NCBI GenBank assembly: GCA_041615815.1 | Contig: JBFJCP010000025.1 | Location: 1 to 64,000, forward strand | Direction: 5' to 3' | Length of the DNA: 64,000 bases | Source: Gemmatimonadales bacterium | GTDB taxonomy: Bacteria; Gemmatimonadota; Gemmatimonadetes; Gemmatimonadales; GWC2-71-9 | Part shown: one piece after another, positions 31,084-41,099 of the stretch | How positions within the stretch are numbered: position 1 is the first letter of the stretch | Layout: every line of letters starts with the position of its first letter | Program-made: the position numbers and the translations under genes | The notes under the pieces: generated by a model | Databases searched by the model: none | What the model saw: the letters and a program-made list of their open reading frames with translations, nothing else | What the model was told of the DNA's origin: nothing

Positions 31084-33122
31084 CCCACCTGTGCTCCTAC
31101 AAACAAGTTGCGGCCGGGCGCGGGCTCAAAATACCGGCCCCCAAACGCATTGACGACGATGGATCCGGCATACCGCTCGTCAAAGAGGTTGAGCACGCCC
31201 AGATACGGGGCCACACGCCACCCGGCGATTCGGCCATCCCATCCCACTCGGACATCCGCGGTCCACCAAGCGGCGTTCTCCGCAGTATTCTCGTCGTCCA
31301 CCGCATAAGCTGCCGTGTGCGTGTAGTCCGTCGCCGCCCAGAGACCCACGGGGGCTGCGTACCTCAGGGACACGTACAAGTGGTGCGGTGGCACGCCCGG
31401 AATGTCGTTGCCATCGAACGTGCCATCTTCAGTCGTGAAGTCGGTGAATTGATACTCTGCGAAGGTGTAGGCACCCACGAGACGCAGGGCACGGTGAGGC
31501 CTGAGCGTGGTTCCGATTTCGACACCCGCGTGTCGGGAGGCGCCCACATTGCGGAAGAACTGCCGCCCCGGCTCGCTCGGCACCTCGAACGGGATGAGCC
31601 CGTCTTGGACGTCAGCGTAGAACGCAGCCAGGTTGTAGGTCACGATACCGGCCTCACCCCGCACGCCCGCCTCGACGTTGACCGTGCGTTGTGGACCGAG
31701 CTGGGGGTTGAGCCCTCCGCCCCCTTCTGGACGGTTGACGAGCTCGGTGGTCGTGGGTGTCTCGAAAGCGCTCGCCACACCCAGGTAGGGCACGAGCGTT
31801 GGATGGACATCGACCGTGATCCCCCCAGACCACGACACCGCATCCATCACCTCGTCACCTGAGGCATCACCGTCGCTGAGGAAGCGGTCGTCGAGGTCAA
31901 ACGCGATCCGATCGTACCGGATCCCACTCGTCAGGGTGACGCGATCGCCCAGCGCAATCCGAGCTTGCACGAACGGTCCCAACTCGAACACGCGCTCGAA
32001 CTGGTTCAGGGTGACCGCGTCCCGGTCCGGGGTGAAGTTGAGGCGGTCGTCCCGCTGCCATTGGGCATCCACACCGACGGTGAGCGTGTGGGTGTGGCCA
32101 CCGGCTCGGAACGGAAGCTGGGCGCTGCCACGAACCCCATACGCCCATCGGTCCAGATCGATGAACGCGAACGAGAGAGGATTCTCGAGGTCCCGTCGGA
32201 GACCGTAGATGGCAACGTCGACGGCCCCCCCACCCCCCGTCGCGTGGCTCACCGAGACACCGCCGAGGGTCTGTGTGACTGCCTTCCCCGCATCGGCGTT
32301 CACGTTCCGGGGATCGGCGAGCGTGACGGAGGAATCGAATTGGGCAGCGGTCAACGCCCCGGGGCTCTGCGCCGTGGGCATGTCCGTGATGTACGCCAGC
32401 GCGGCGACGCGAGTGCGTTGCCCCACCGGCTGGAGGACGCGGGCTTGAAAGTGTCGCACGTCGGCCCGGCTGTGCATCCGGTGACCATCCACGGTGGTGC
32501 GAGAGACGGCGGCGTACAGGGCACCGGGCCCCAGCGGCGTCGCAGCCGCGGCAGACCATTTCAACAGATCGAACGCGCCCGCGGTTACGCGAACCGCGGG
32601 AGTCACTCGCCCCGGTATGGCGAGGTCCGACGAAAGACTGATCACGCCACCGGACGCGTTTCCGTGCAGACTGGACGACGGCCCCTTGAGGATCTCGATT
32701 TGTCCCACTTGCGAGAGGTCGATGTTCGTGAGTTGGCCCTGTCCGTCGGGCAGTGTTTGGGGGATACCGTCGAGCAAGATCTTGATCCCGCGAACGCCGA
32801 ACGCAGAGCGGGCGCCGAAACCCCGGATGGACACGCGCTGATCGAGAGCATAGTTGTACCGATTGGCTACGAGGACGCCGGGTACCGTCACTAGTGCTTC
32901 GTCCAGGCCCAACGTCGCACGACCGCGACGCAACTCATCGCCGTCCACCGTGGCCACCGCGTAGGGAACGGTTCGAAGCGGAGCCTCCGAGCGGACGGCG
33001 GAAACCGTGATGGGCCGGAGGGACGCACGCGGGAGCGTATCGCTCGGGATTGAATCGGCCTGAGCACGGACGACGCCAGAAGCGACGACACTGAAGACAA
33101 CGAGGAACACGATCTCCCGCAT
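31077..33122 (-). CDS. TonB-dependent receptor (YncD/PqqU-like)
   Basis: Signal peptide, TonB-box-like ITVSA, plug motifs SIRGFGARSAFGVRG and EILKGPSSSLHG, C-terminal YFEPAPGRN. Confidence 0.92.
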   Translation of the reverse strand: MREIVFLVVFSVVASGVVRAQADSIPSDTLPRASLRPITVSAVRSEAPLRTVPYAVATVDGDELRRGRATLGLDEALVTVPGVLVANRYNYALDQRVSIRGFGARSAFGVRGIKILLDGIPQTLPDGQGQLTNIDLSQVGQIEILKGPSSSLHGNASGGVISLSSDLAIPGRVTPAVRVTAGAFDLLKWSAAAATPLGPGALYAAVSRTTVDGHRMHSRADVRHFQARVLQPVGQRTRVAALAYITDMPTAQSPGALTAAQFDSSVTLADPRNVNADAGKAVTQTLGGVSVSHATGGGGAVDVAIYGLRRDLENPLSFAFIDLDRWAYGVRGSAQLPFRAGGHTHTLTVGVDAQWQRDDRLNFTPDRDAVTLNQFERVFELGPFVQARIALGDRVTLTSGIRYDRIAFDLDDRFLSDGDASGDEVMDAVSWSGGITVDVHPTLVPYLGVASAFETPTTTELVNRPEGGGGLNPQLGPQRTVNVEAGVRGEAGIVTYNLAAFYADVQDGLIPFEVPSEPGRQFFRNVGASRHAGVEIGTTLRPHRALRLVGAYTFAEYQFTDFTTEDGTFDGNDIPGVPPHHLYVSLRYAAPVGLWAATDYTHTAAYAVDDENTAENAAWWTADVRVGWDGRIAGWRVAPYLGVLNLFDERYAGSIVVNAFGGRYFEPAPGRNLFVGAQVGR

Positions 33123-33191
33123 GGCCCGATACCTTAACCCGGCCTCATCCCAGCGGCAATCGTTCCCATCCACCCGTCTTGCCATTCGTCG

Positions 33192-33692
33192 CTAACAACT
33201 CCCGTGGCGGTGTTCCACGGGACGGCAATCGAAACCTCCGTTGGCCCAGTGGCCGGCGCCAAGCCGCTCGGCCTCGGACTGCGCATCGCGGAGACGACGC
33301 TCGTAGCGGACGTTGGGTGGGATGATGAAGACCACGGCCCACCCACGACGGACCATGGCTTCGTTGATCATGGTGTTTCCGTCCCACAGATAGGCGAGTG
33401 TGCGTCCAAAATCATCGATACGTTGCTGTGCATACTCCAGTTGCACCGTCTCGCCCGGCAGGAGCATCGCCTCGAGCTCCACCCGAGACCGCTCGCCAAA
33501 CGGAGCCTGATCGAGCTCAGGCGTGTCGATGCCGACGAGCCGGATCCGAATACCTTGCGTGCACGTGATGGTGTCGCCGTCCGCAATCCGCTCTACCGTG
33601 CACGCGGCGTCGAACGTGAGCCCCTCTTCACTTGGGCACGCTACCAGCGCCGCAACCAACACGAGCACACCCGCTGTCCTCGCATGCTGCAT
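33192..33692 (-). CDS. Thermonuclease (SNase) family lipoprotein
   Basis: Lipobox LVAC; DGDT, RLVGIDTPE, DDFGRTLAY and INEAMVRRGWA motifs. Confidence 0.92.
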   Translation of the reverse strand: MQHARTAGVLVLVAALVACPSEEGLTFDAACTVERIADGDTITCTQGIRIRLVGIDTPELDQAPFGERSRVELEAMLLPGETVQLEYAQQRIDDFGRTLAYLWDGNTMINEAMVRRGWAVVFIIPPNVRYERRLRDAQSEAERLGAGHWANGGFDCRPVEHRHGSC

Positions 33693-33705
33693 TCTGGAAC
33701 CTTTC

Positions 33706-34314
33706 TTATCCCTCCCCCCAAGGCTCGACGAACTCTTCCACCGGCACGCCGAGCGCGTCCGCGATCCGCGTGATGTAGTTGAAGTAGGCAATCACTTGGG
33801 TGGCGTCGTGGATCGCGACGTCAGTGAACCCGTGGTCGCGGAGGCGCTGGAGATCGTTGGGAGACATCTCTTGCTGCTGGTGCGTCAGCCTCGCCGCGAA
33901 CTCACACAACGCGCGATCCGGGGTCGCCAATTGGGCGGACCGCCAGTCCCGGGCAACGGCGTGGACGAAGGTGTCGGCGTCCGCCTCGGTCTCGAACATC
34001 TTCGCGGTCGCGACCTCGGCCCGGAGGTCGTGGGCATGCGCCTGTGTTCAGTAATGACAGTCGAGTTCCGCAGAAACCACGGTGGCCAAGAGCTCTCGTT
34101 GGACCCGGCTCAGGGGTGACGGTCCGAACATGATGGCGATGTACTGCTCCATGCTCGCTTTCATGACCCGGGGATTGAGACTCATGATCTGGACGATGTT
34201 CCATACCCGCCCGGCCCGGCGCATCGCCTTGTCGAACTCGGCCTTGAGTAGACCCTTGGCCTCGCCGACCGGAACCTGGTCGATCCATGGCTTGGTTTGT
34301 TCGCTCCCAGTCAC
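33706..34314 (-). CDS. AhpD/CMD-like peroxidase-related protein, probable selenoprotein (Sec at UGA 34048-34050)
   Basis: The two track ORFs are in one frame and join as ...RELLATVVSAELDCHY-U-TQAHAHDLR...AYFNYITRIADALG. CxxU motif plus a SECIS-like hairpin. Confidence 0.88.
34011..34030 (-). promoter_or_regulatory. Bacterial SECIS-like hairpin
   Basis: CGACCTC-CGGGCC-GAGGTCG begins 17 nt 3' of the UGA; G at loop position 2. Confidence 0.7.
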
Positions 34315-35075
34315 ACCAGCACTCTCCCGTAGTAGACGCGAGTATCATACTCGATCCGGATCATTCCACGCTCATGATGTTGGTCGAACACCCTGTTCAA
34401 ATCCTCGAGCATCGGCTTGCGGTCTTGGTGGTCTGGGCCTGGAACATAGGAACTCGAACAGACTCGCGCCCGCAGGCCGGCCCGATCCAAGACCTGGACG
34501 TAGTCGAACGAGGTCTCGCCGTATCCGGCGTCACCAAACAGCGTCCGGAGACCCGGAGCGATATCGTAGCGGTGCCGCACCGTCTCGTAGTCCACACTCC
34601 ACCGCTCGATGAAATGCTCGTACGCCTCGAGAAATGCGGTACCGCCGAGCCGACGCTCGTTCCACAAGATGACGACCCACCCCGGCGGCCGGAGGATCCT
34701 CGAAAACTCACGCGCTGTCGCCGGCGCGTCGAACCAGTGGAAGGCCTGGCCAACGACGACCACATCAGCCACGGCTGCCGCAAGCGTGGTAGCTTCCGCG
34801 CGGCCGTCGATGCTGCGGAAGCCGGGGTACCCGCGCAACCTGTCCTCGGCGGTGCGGCGCATGGCGACGTTCGGCTCCACCGCGTACACCGTATTGCCGT
34901 GGCGTAAAAAGAGCTCGCTGAGGATACCGGTTCCCGAACCCACGTCGACAACCACGTTGCATGGTTCAAAGCCCATCTCCTCCGCCATGAGCGTCATGAC
35001 CTCGGGCGGATAGGTCGGGCGGGCCAGGGCGTAATCCCGGGCGCGGTCGGTGAAGCGGGCGGTGTCGTCGGGCAT
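34311..35075 (-). CDS. Class I SAM-dependent methyltransferase
   Basis: RPTYP, VDVGSGTG, VEPN and QAFHWF motifs. Confidence 0.92.
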   Translation of the reverse strand: MPDDTARFTDRARDYALARPTYPPEVMTLMAEEMGFEPCNVVVDVGSGTGILSELFLRHGNTVYAVEPNVAMRRTAEDRLRGYPGFRSIDGRAEATTLAAAVADVVVVGQAFHWFDAPATAREFSRILRPPGWVVILWNERRLGGTAFLEAYEHFIERWSVDYETVRHRYDIAPGLRTLFGDAGYGETSFDYVQVLDRAGLRARVCSSSYVPGPDHQDRKPMLEDLNRVFDQHHERGMIRIEYDTRVYYGRVLV

Positions 35076-35298
35076 AGGATAACGGGCGAAGGCTGTGCTC
35101 CTTATCCGGCCCACGTGGCGGGCCGGCGCAAGTGACCGGGGTCGGTGTGGTGCCAGCAGCGGCCATGTTTCTCGTGGCAGAGCCGGCGCCTGGGCGTCGT
35201 GCGTATGAAGCCGCTATGTTGTCCCGATCGGTCGCGTAGATCTGACCTCAGGTGGCGAGCGATCGCAGGACCTGATGGTGCAAAGGAGGACACCCAAC

Positions 35299-36435
35299 GT
35301 GCACGCAAGCCCCTTTGGCAAGAGACTGAAGGTCCTGGGACTCTGCAACCAGGTGCGGAAAGAACGGAAAAAGAACGTTCTCGCCCAATGCTCCGACATC
35401 CTCCGACTCAGACTAGGCAAGGGAAAGCTCGGCGCCTATGAATACTACAAGTACAGGCTGTACGACGACGAACTGCATCATCCCGCGAGCAAGCGGACCT
35501 TTGCTGGATTCCGCAAAGAGCACGCACTCGATGCGCGACTGAACCACCGCTCATGGCATGGCATGACGACGGACAAGCTGATTCAATACTCGATTTTCAA
35601 GGGGTTGGGGATTCCGATCCCCAAGATTTACGCGGTGTACCATCCGAGTCGTCGTTACTTCGGCCAGGCTCCTTCCATCCGTGATCCTGAGGCCCTACGC
35701 GAGTTCTTGCGGCGGGACATCGCCTATCCGTTCTTTTCCAAGCCGGCCCACGGTTCGTTCGGGGACCGCGCCGCCGCCGTGCGCTCGTATCATCAGGCGA
35801 CGGACCGGCTCGAGTTGCTTTCGGGCGACGAGATGGCGCTCTCGGACTACGTCGCCGAATGTCACCCGCGCGAAGGCGCCTACCCCTGGCAAAGTGGTTA
35901 TCTCTTCCAGGAGTATCTCTCCCCGCACCCGGAGATCCTACCCGTCTGCGGGCCACGCTTGTCCAGCGTGCGCATGATCATCTTGCTGTCTGACGCTGGA
36001 CCGCGCGTTTTTCGAGCGATCTGGAAGATTGCTACCGGGAAGAACGTGGTCGATAACTTCCAGCACGGTGCCAAGGGCAATCTCTTGGCAACGCTCGACG
36101 CAGAGACCGGCGCCGTCGGCCGGGTGATCCGGGGCCTCGGTCCCGAACAGGAGGTGGTTCGGGCCAACCCAGATACCGGCAAACCGTTCCAAGGTTTCCG
36201 GATCCCACAGTGGCCACTCCTCGTCGATATCTGTCTCACGGCGGCCACCAGCTTCCCCGGACTACGGCTGCAGCATTGGGACATCGCCATCAGTGCACGC
36301 GGTCCGGTCGTCTTGGAGGTCAACATCGGAGGAGATCTCGACCTCCCGCAGCTGGCCAGTGGCACCGGATTTCTCGATGCCGAGTTCGAGGCGTTCCTCT
36401 CCGACTTACAGCGCACTTACCCCACCTCTTACTGA
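35299..36435 (+). CDS. Sugar-transfer-associated ATP-grasp family protein
   Basis: EYYKY, DK, FSKP..G, YLFQE, DNF..G and WDIAI..GPVVLEVN motifs; AAGGAGGA RBS before GTG 35299. Confidence 0.8.
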   Translation: MHASPFGKRLKVLGLCNQVRKERKKNVLAQCSDILRLRLGKGKLGAYEYYKYRLYDDELHHPASKRTFAGFRKEHALDARLNHRSWHGMTTDKLIQYSIFKGLGIPIPKIYAVYHPSRRYFGQAPSIRDPEALREFLRRDIAYPFFSKPAHGSFGDRAAAVRSYHQATDRLELLSGDEMALSDYVAECHPREGAYPWQSGYLFQEYLSPHPEILPVCGPRLSSVRMIILLSDAGPRVFRAIWKIATGKNVVDNFQHGAKGNLLATLDAETGAVGRVIRGLGPEQEVVRANPDTGKPFQGFRIPQWPLLVDICLTAATSFPGLRLQHWDIAISARGPVVLEVNIGGDLDLPQLASGTGFLDAEFEAFLSDLQRTYPTSY

Positions 36436-36472
36436 GGCGGCGGCCGTGGCCTGCTCTTTCGATGCCGGGTTT

Positions 36473-36982
36473 TCAGTCCGGCTCTTCCCCCATGGGCATT
36501 TCTCGGAGACCCTGCCGGAGAGCTGGATGGAGCCTGAGGAGATACCACCCCATGGCGATGGCGGCAGCGACGCTGCCCAGTCCCAATTCCCACCATGCCG
36601 AGGGTCCCAGCAGTGGCGCGGCGAAGAGGAGGCCGGCCGCGTACACGTGCGCAGCCACGAATATCAGCGCGACGAGAATGAGATAACGGGCGACAGGGTG
36701 CAGCTCCGCCTCGACGACGAGCCATGATACCAGCATGCCGAGGCCCAGAAAGGCGAGCACGTGGAGCATGTTGTAGGCGAGTACGGGGCCTGGGGCGATT
36801 TGGAGGGCGGCGGGATCATCCAGGCCGTAGAAGATGGCCGAGCCAAACAGCGCGGCGGTGTGAAAGACGGAGCGGCCAGCCAGGACATTGAGCCCCGCCA
36901 TGACCACGACGACCACCATGTAGCCGAGGAGCCCGGCGAAAAGGCCACCACGCAGCAGCGTGCGCCATTCGTCGCGTGTCAT
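36473..36982 (-). CDS. Multi-pass membrane protein of unknown function
   Basis: Four to five hydrophobic helices; AGGA RBS. Confidence 0.8.
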   Translation of the reverse strand: MTRDEWRTLLRGGLFAGLLGYMVVVVVMAGLNVLAGRSVFHTAALFGSAIFYGLDDPAALQIAPGPVLAYNMLHVLAFLGLGMLVSWLVVEAELHPVARYLILVALIFVAAHVYAAGLLFAAPLLGPSAWWELGLGSVAAAIAMGWYLLRLHPALRQGLREMPMGEEPD

Positions 36983-37129
36983 GGACCCGTCCTATGGAAT
37001 CCGGGGCAGTGGCACGCTACGCCTGCCCCACTCCCATCGAGATGAGGCAAATGTGAATGTTCGTTCAGACACAGGAAGGGCGGCGCGGGCAACCCCGGCG
37101 CCCTTCTGCCGCCCCTGCCGTGCCCATCA

Positions 37130-38464
37130 CTAGAAGTTGTACTCGATCCCAGCCGTCCATGAAACGTTGGTCCGCAACCCGCCGTTGTTGAGCGGCCACA
37201 GCGAGTTCGCAATCAACGCGAGCCCGGCCGGCGTCACGAACTTGAAACCGATCGACCCGTTGAGGATGTCGTCCCGCCGGTTGGGAATCGTGGTCAGCTC
37301 GAGGGGTCGGAGGAACGGCTCCTCCAGCAGGACGTCGCCCGGCACGGTGAGTTTGTTGGACCCCACCTGCAGCTCAGACACGAAATCGACCGCCAGGGTG
37401 GCCCATGGCGCCAAGACGTGATCGAACCCCACGGTGGCGAGGAAGGCGTCGTTCTGAAGTTCGCCGCTTCGATATAGATACCCCAGGTTGATGTGGGGTG
37501 AGAAACTCGCGAACTGTGCGGACACAACACCCAATCCACGGATCGACGTTTCACCCGAGCCCAGGAGATCTGCCTCGTCGCCGGTGGCAAAGCGTGCATC
37601 GGCCAGGATCGAGAATCGGGCGTTTTGGGATTCACTGACACCGATCTTGAGCCGGGCGGCGATATCGCCCAGTCCCGTGGCCGAACCCTGGGCTCTCGCT
37701 TCCGCAATGAGTTGGGGACTCGTTTCCGAGCCACCGAAGAAGTGGGCGGCCGTTGGGCCGCCGAAGGGGAAGATCTCGGCGCGGCTGAAGCCGTCGAGCG
37801 ACGTGGACACGAGGGGAATCGCGACGCCGATATCGATTCGGTCGGTGAGGCCGTAGGTCAAGACGAAGAGCGTCGTGATCACGTCGATGTTCAGATCGAG
37901 GTTGAGCGCAATGAAATCGTTCTCGAGCGTCGGGATGCCCTGGGGCGCGCAATCCTCGCCGATCGCGAGGTCGCACGCATCGGAGTCCACATTCACGTGG
38001 GCAAAATTGAGCCGGATGTTGTCGAGACTCACGCCCCGCAGCGATTTGAAGTTGAACACGTTGACGGATGCCCCCACTAGCACTCGTCCACGCCCGAGCG
38101 TCTGCGCCCGCTCCGCGAAGATGGGGCCCGGCGAGGTGGAGGTCGGGACCGGTACGCCACCCTCGAAGCGAAACGTGAGACCACTACTGGTCGCACTGAT
38201 GGGAATGTTGGAGACGTTGGAGCTGATGGCATTCGTCAAAAATGCGATCAGCGTTCCGTTGCTCTCGACCGCCGAAGGAATGAAGTGATCCGCGTGGATC
38301 GAAACCGTCTGCTCTGGAGATCCGGCCGTCCCCGCTAAGAACAGTGGATCGTCACCGGGCCCGAAGATGAACAGCTCGGCAATCTTGTCGCGCAGCCCCT
38401 GTGCCGACGCAGCCTGAGGGGCGACGATGCCCAGCAACAGCACGGCAAACACCCAGCGCACCAT
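37130..38464 (-). CDS. Outer-membrane beta-barrel, MetA-pathway/'transporter'-like
   Basis: Signal peptide; ERAQTLGRG, YGLTDRIDIG, GLGDI and ATGD motifs; C-terminal aromatic ...GIEYNF. Confidence 0.78.
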   Translation of the reverse strand: MVRWVFAVLLLGIVAPQAASAQGLRDKIAELFIFGPGDDPLFLAGTAGSPEQTVSIHADHFIPSAVESNGTLIAFLTNAISSNVSNIPISATSSGLTFRFEGGVPVPTSTSPGPIFAERAQTLGRGRVLVGASVNVFNFKSLRGVSLDNIRLNFAHVNVDSDACDLAIGEDCAPQGIPTLENDFIALNLDLNIDVITTLFVLTYGLTDRIDIGVAIPLVSTSLDGFSRAEIFPFGGPTAAHFFGGSETSPQLIAEARAQGSATGLGDIAARLKIGVSESQNARFSILADARFATGDEADLLGSGETSIRGLGVVSAQFASFSPHINLGYLYRSGELQNDAFLATVGFDHVLAPWATLAVDFVSELQVGSNKLTVPGDVLLEEPFLRPLELTTIPNRRDDILNGSIGFKFVTPAGLALIANSLWPLNNGGLRTNVSWTAGIEYNF

Positions 38465-38536
38465 GGATCCTCCCTCGTGTTCTCTATTGGACGTCCGGTC
38501 GTTGGAAACCGGAACGCCTGGATTCGACGAGCGTTG

Positions 38537-41035
38537 CTACCGCGCTCCCACTCCGGTGATATACCAGCCTTGCGCACCGCGCGCGAGCGTGACGGCAAAG
38601 TCGTTCGTTTGATCCTGCTGTCCGCCGTCACGGAATTCGTACCGCAGCCTCACATTCGCGCGGGCCGAATCGCCGGACGGTTGCAAGTCGAGCACCGTCA
38701 TGGAGACGGTCAGCTCTTCCACACTTCCGAAAAACGTGCGGAATCCTTGTTCCTGCTGGCTGGACATGCCGGGAAAGAGGCGCTTCAGGGACGCGAGATC
38801 CCGACCCTGGATTGCCTGGGCGTACCCCTGCAGCACGGTGCGGATTTCCGGCGAGGGGTCGGGTGGCGGCGACGGTCCGGCGTCGCCGACCGCCGCCGGC
38901 GCCTCCACGGTGATTCGCGCCGAGGCCTCGACGGATCCGCTCCGCGCGCTGATCGTCACCGACCCCGGCGTCACTCCGGTCACGACCCCATTCGACGCGA
39001 CGCGGGCGATGGCCCCGTTGTCGGTGGCCCACGTGACGCCGCGCCCCTGCATAGGGTTGCCACCGGCGTCTCTCGGCGTCGCTCGCAGCTGGACCGTCCC
39101 GCCCACCGGAATAGAGGAACGGGTTGGCGAGACCACCATGGAGGCGACTTCAGCGGGAGCCACGGTCACCGTGGTGGTTCCCGACCGCCCGGCCGCCGTG
39201 GCCGAGATCCGGGCCGATCCCTCACCCCGGGCAACCACCAGTCCCTGGGCCGTGACCACCGCCACGCCGTTGTCACTGGATTCCCAGGTGACCCCCTGCC
39301 GTATCGTATTGCCGTTTTGGTCCCGCACGATCGCGGACAGCTGGGCGGTTTCCCCGAGGGCGAGGCTGGCTGATGAGGGGTTGACGCGAACGGATGTCAC
39401 GCGTGGGCGCGGCGGTGTGGGCGACGTCGCCTGGGCCTGCCGAGTCCGCACCGTGATGAAGGTGGATGCGGTGATGTCCGCGGTCCGCGCCACGATCTCT
39501 GCTTCACCGGTCGTGATCGCCGACACGAGGCCGCGAGAAGACACGCGAGCTACCGAGGCATCCATGGACTCCCAGGTAACGGTGGCTGACGGCATCTGGG
39601 ACCCTTGTGTATCGAGCACGTTGGCGGAGAGCCGAACGGTGTCCCCCACGATGAGCGACGCCGATGCCGGCAGCACTTCCACGGCCGCGACCGTGGGAAC
39701 CGCAATCGGTGGCGGCGTCCGAATCGTGTCGGTCGCAGTGGGCGACGCCGGCTCCGCGGGAGCGTCGGCACGCCACGGGGCCCAGAGCACGAGCACCACG
39801 GCCGCCGCGGCCGCTGGGGGAAGGGCCCAAAGAAGCTTGCGGCTGTTCCCCGGTTGGAGTCCCGGAATTGGCGTGACGTCCGCCGGTGGCGTCGCCGACT
39901 CCTGCCGCGCGTCCCGCGCCCGCGTCGCCAACGCGATACTGTCCGACAGGCGATCTCGCGGCACGGGGCTCGGCGGTGTCTGAAACTTGTCGACGAGCCG
40001 TTGCGCGTCCGCGCTCTTGGCCAGGGTCAGGATCTGGGTGCGGACTTTGTCGCTCTCCGCCGGCGGGACCGGGCCGAGGGACGAGACCATTTCCTCCAGG
40101 GACTGCCACCGGTCCTCCTTACCCTTCGCCATCATTCGCATGACCGCGTTGACCATGCCCGGCGGACATTCCGGCACGGCGGCTGTGACCGGCGGCGGGG
40201 GCGTGTTGCAGTGCTTGTACATGATCGCCATTGCCGACTTGCCTGCGAACGGCTTTTGACCCGTCAACATCTCGTACGCTACGCACCCCAACGAGTACTG
40301 GTCTGAGTGGCCCGAGACCGCCAGGCCGGTGCACTGCTCGGGACTCATATACGCCGGCGTCCCCACCGTGCCGCCGGTCTGGGTCAGGCCTTGAGCCTCT
40401 GCCACCTTGGCAATGCCGAAGTCCGTCACCACCGCCCACCCCTCTTCGTCCAGCATGATGTTCCCTGGCTTGATGTCTCGGTGGACGACGCCATGCCGGT
40501 GCGCATACCCCAGCGCGTTGCCGACCTGGCCGAGTATGGTGTGGACCATGGGGATGGGAAGCGGACCGATCTCGGCGATGACCGATTCGAGCGTGCGGCC
40601 CTTCACGTACTTCATCACGAAGAAGAGCAGGTCTTCGCTCTCCTTGACGGCATAAATGGGGATGATGTTGGGATGGCTCAGGGACGCGGCGGTGCGGGCC
40701 TCACGTTTGAACCGCTCAGGAATGCCTTCGCCCATCCACAGCACCGTGGGGGAGATGACCTTGATGGCCACCTTGCGATCCAGAGCCAGATCGTGCGCGA
40801 GGTACACCACCGCCATGCCGCCCCGCCCCAACTCTCCCAGGATCTCATACTCACCCAGTGTGGCCGAGCGCAGCGTCTCGAGTAGCGCAGCCGAGGTCCG
40901 GGTGGCGGAGACGTCGCCGATCGGAACGCGCGTCGTGGGGTCCGATGCCATACGTCCGGGAAGCTGCGCCCCACAGTACACGCAAAAGGCCGCATCGACC
41001 GGGTTGTCCCGACCGCAGGTGTTACAAGGAGGCAC
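38537..41035 (-). CDS. Membrane Ser/Thr protein kinase: Zn-ribbon, Hanks kinase, TM, three Big_2-like Ig repeats, NTF2-like tail
   Basis: CNTC..CVYC; GRGGMAVV, VAIK, HRDIKPGN, DFG, GTPAYMSPE; repeated VTW.S...VA.V...G.V; GAGGA RBS before GTG 41035. Confidence 0.92.
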   Translation of the reverse strand: MPPCNTCGRDNPVDAAFCVYCGAQLPGRMASDPTTRVPIGDVSATRTSAALLETLRSATLGEYEILGELGRGGMAVVYLAHDLALDRKVAIKVISPTVLWMGEGIPERFKREARTAASLSHPNIIPIYAVKESEDLLFFVMKYVKGRTLESVIAEIGPLPIPMVHTILGQVGNALGYAHRHGVVHRDIKPGNIMLDEEGWAVVTDFGIAKVAEAQGLTQTGGTVGTPAYMSPEQCTGLAVSGHSDQYSLGCVAYEMLTGQKPFAGKSAMAIMYKHCNTPPPPVTAAVPECPPGMVNAVMRMMAKGKEDRWQSLEEMVSSLGPVPPAESDKVRTQILTLAKSADAQRLVDKFQTPPSPVPRDRLSDSIALATRARDARQESATPPADVTPIPGLQPGNSRKLLWALPPAAAAAVVLVLWAPWRADAPAEPASPTATDTIRTPPPIAVPTVAAVEVLPASASLIVGDTVRLSANVLDTQGSQMPSATVTWESMDASVARVSSRGLVSAITTGEAEIVARTADITASTFITVRTRQAQATSPTPPRPRVTSVRVNPSSASLALGETAQLSAIVRDQNGNTIRQGVTWESSDNGVAVVTAQGLVVARGEGSARISATAAGRSGTTTVTVAPAEVASMVVSPTRSSIPVGGTVQLRATPRDAGGNPMQGRGVTWATDNGAIARVASNGVVTGVTPGSVTISARSGSVEASARITVEAPAAVGDAGPSPPPDPSPEIRTVLQGYAQAIQGRDLASLKRLFPGMSSQQEQGFRTFFGSVEELTVSMTVLDLQPSGDSARANVRLRYEFRDGGQQDQTNDFAVTLARGAQGWYITGVGAR

Positions 41036-41099
41036 GGCGGGTGATCCTCGAGCCGCAGCGGGCGCGGCGACGACGGAGCGTGGGTGACGAGACCATGCC

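Noticed and set aside
37050..37070. CRP/FNR-like site TGTGA...TCAGA
   Set aside because: The spacer is 8 nt rather than 6.
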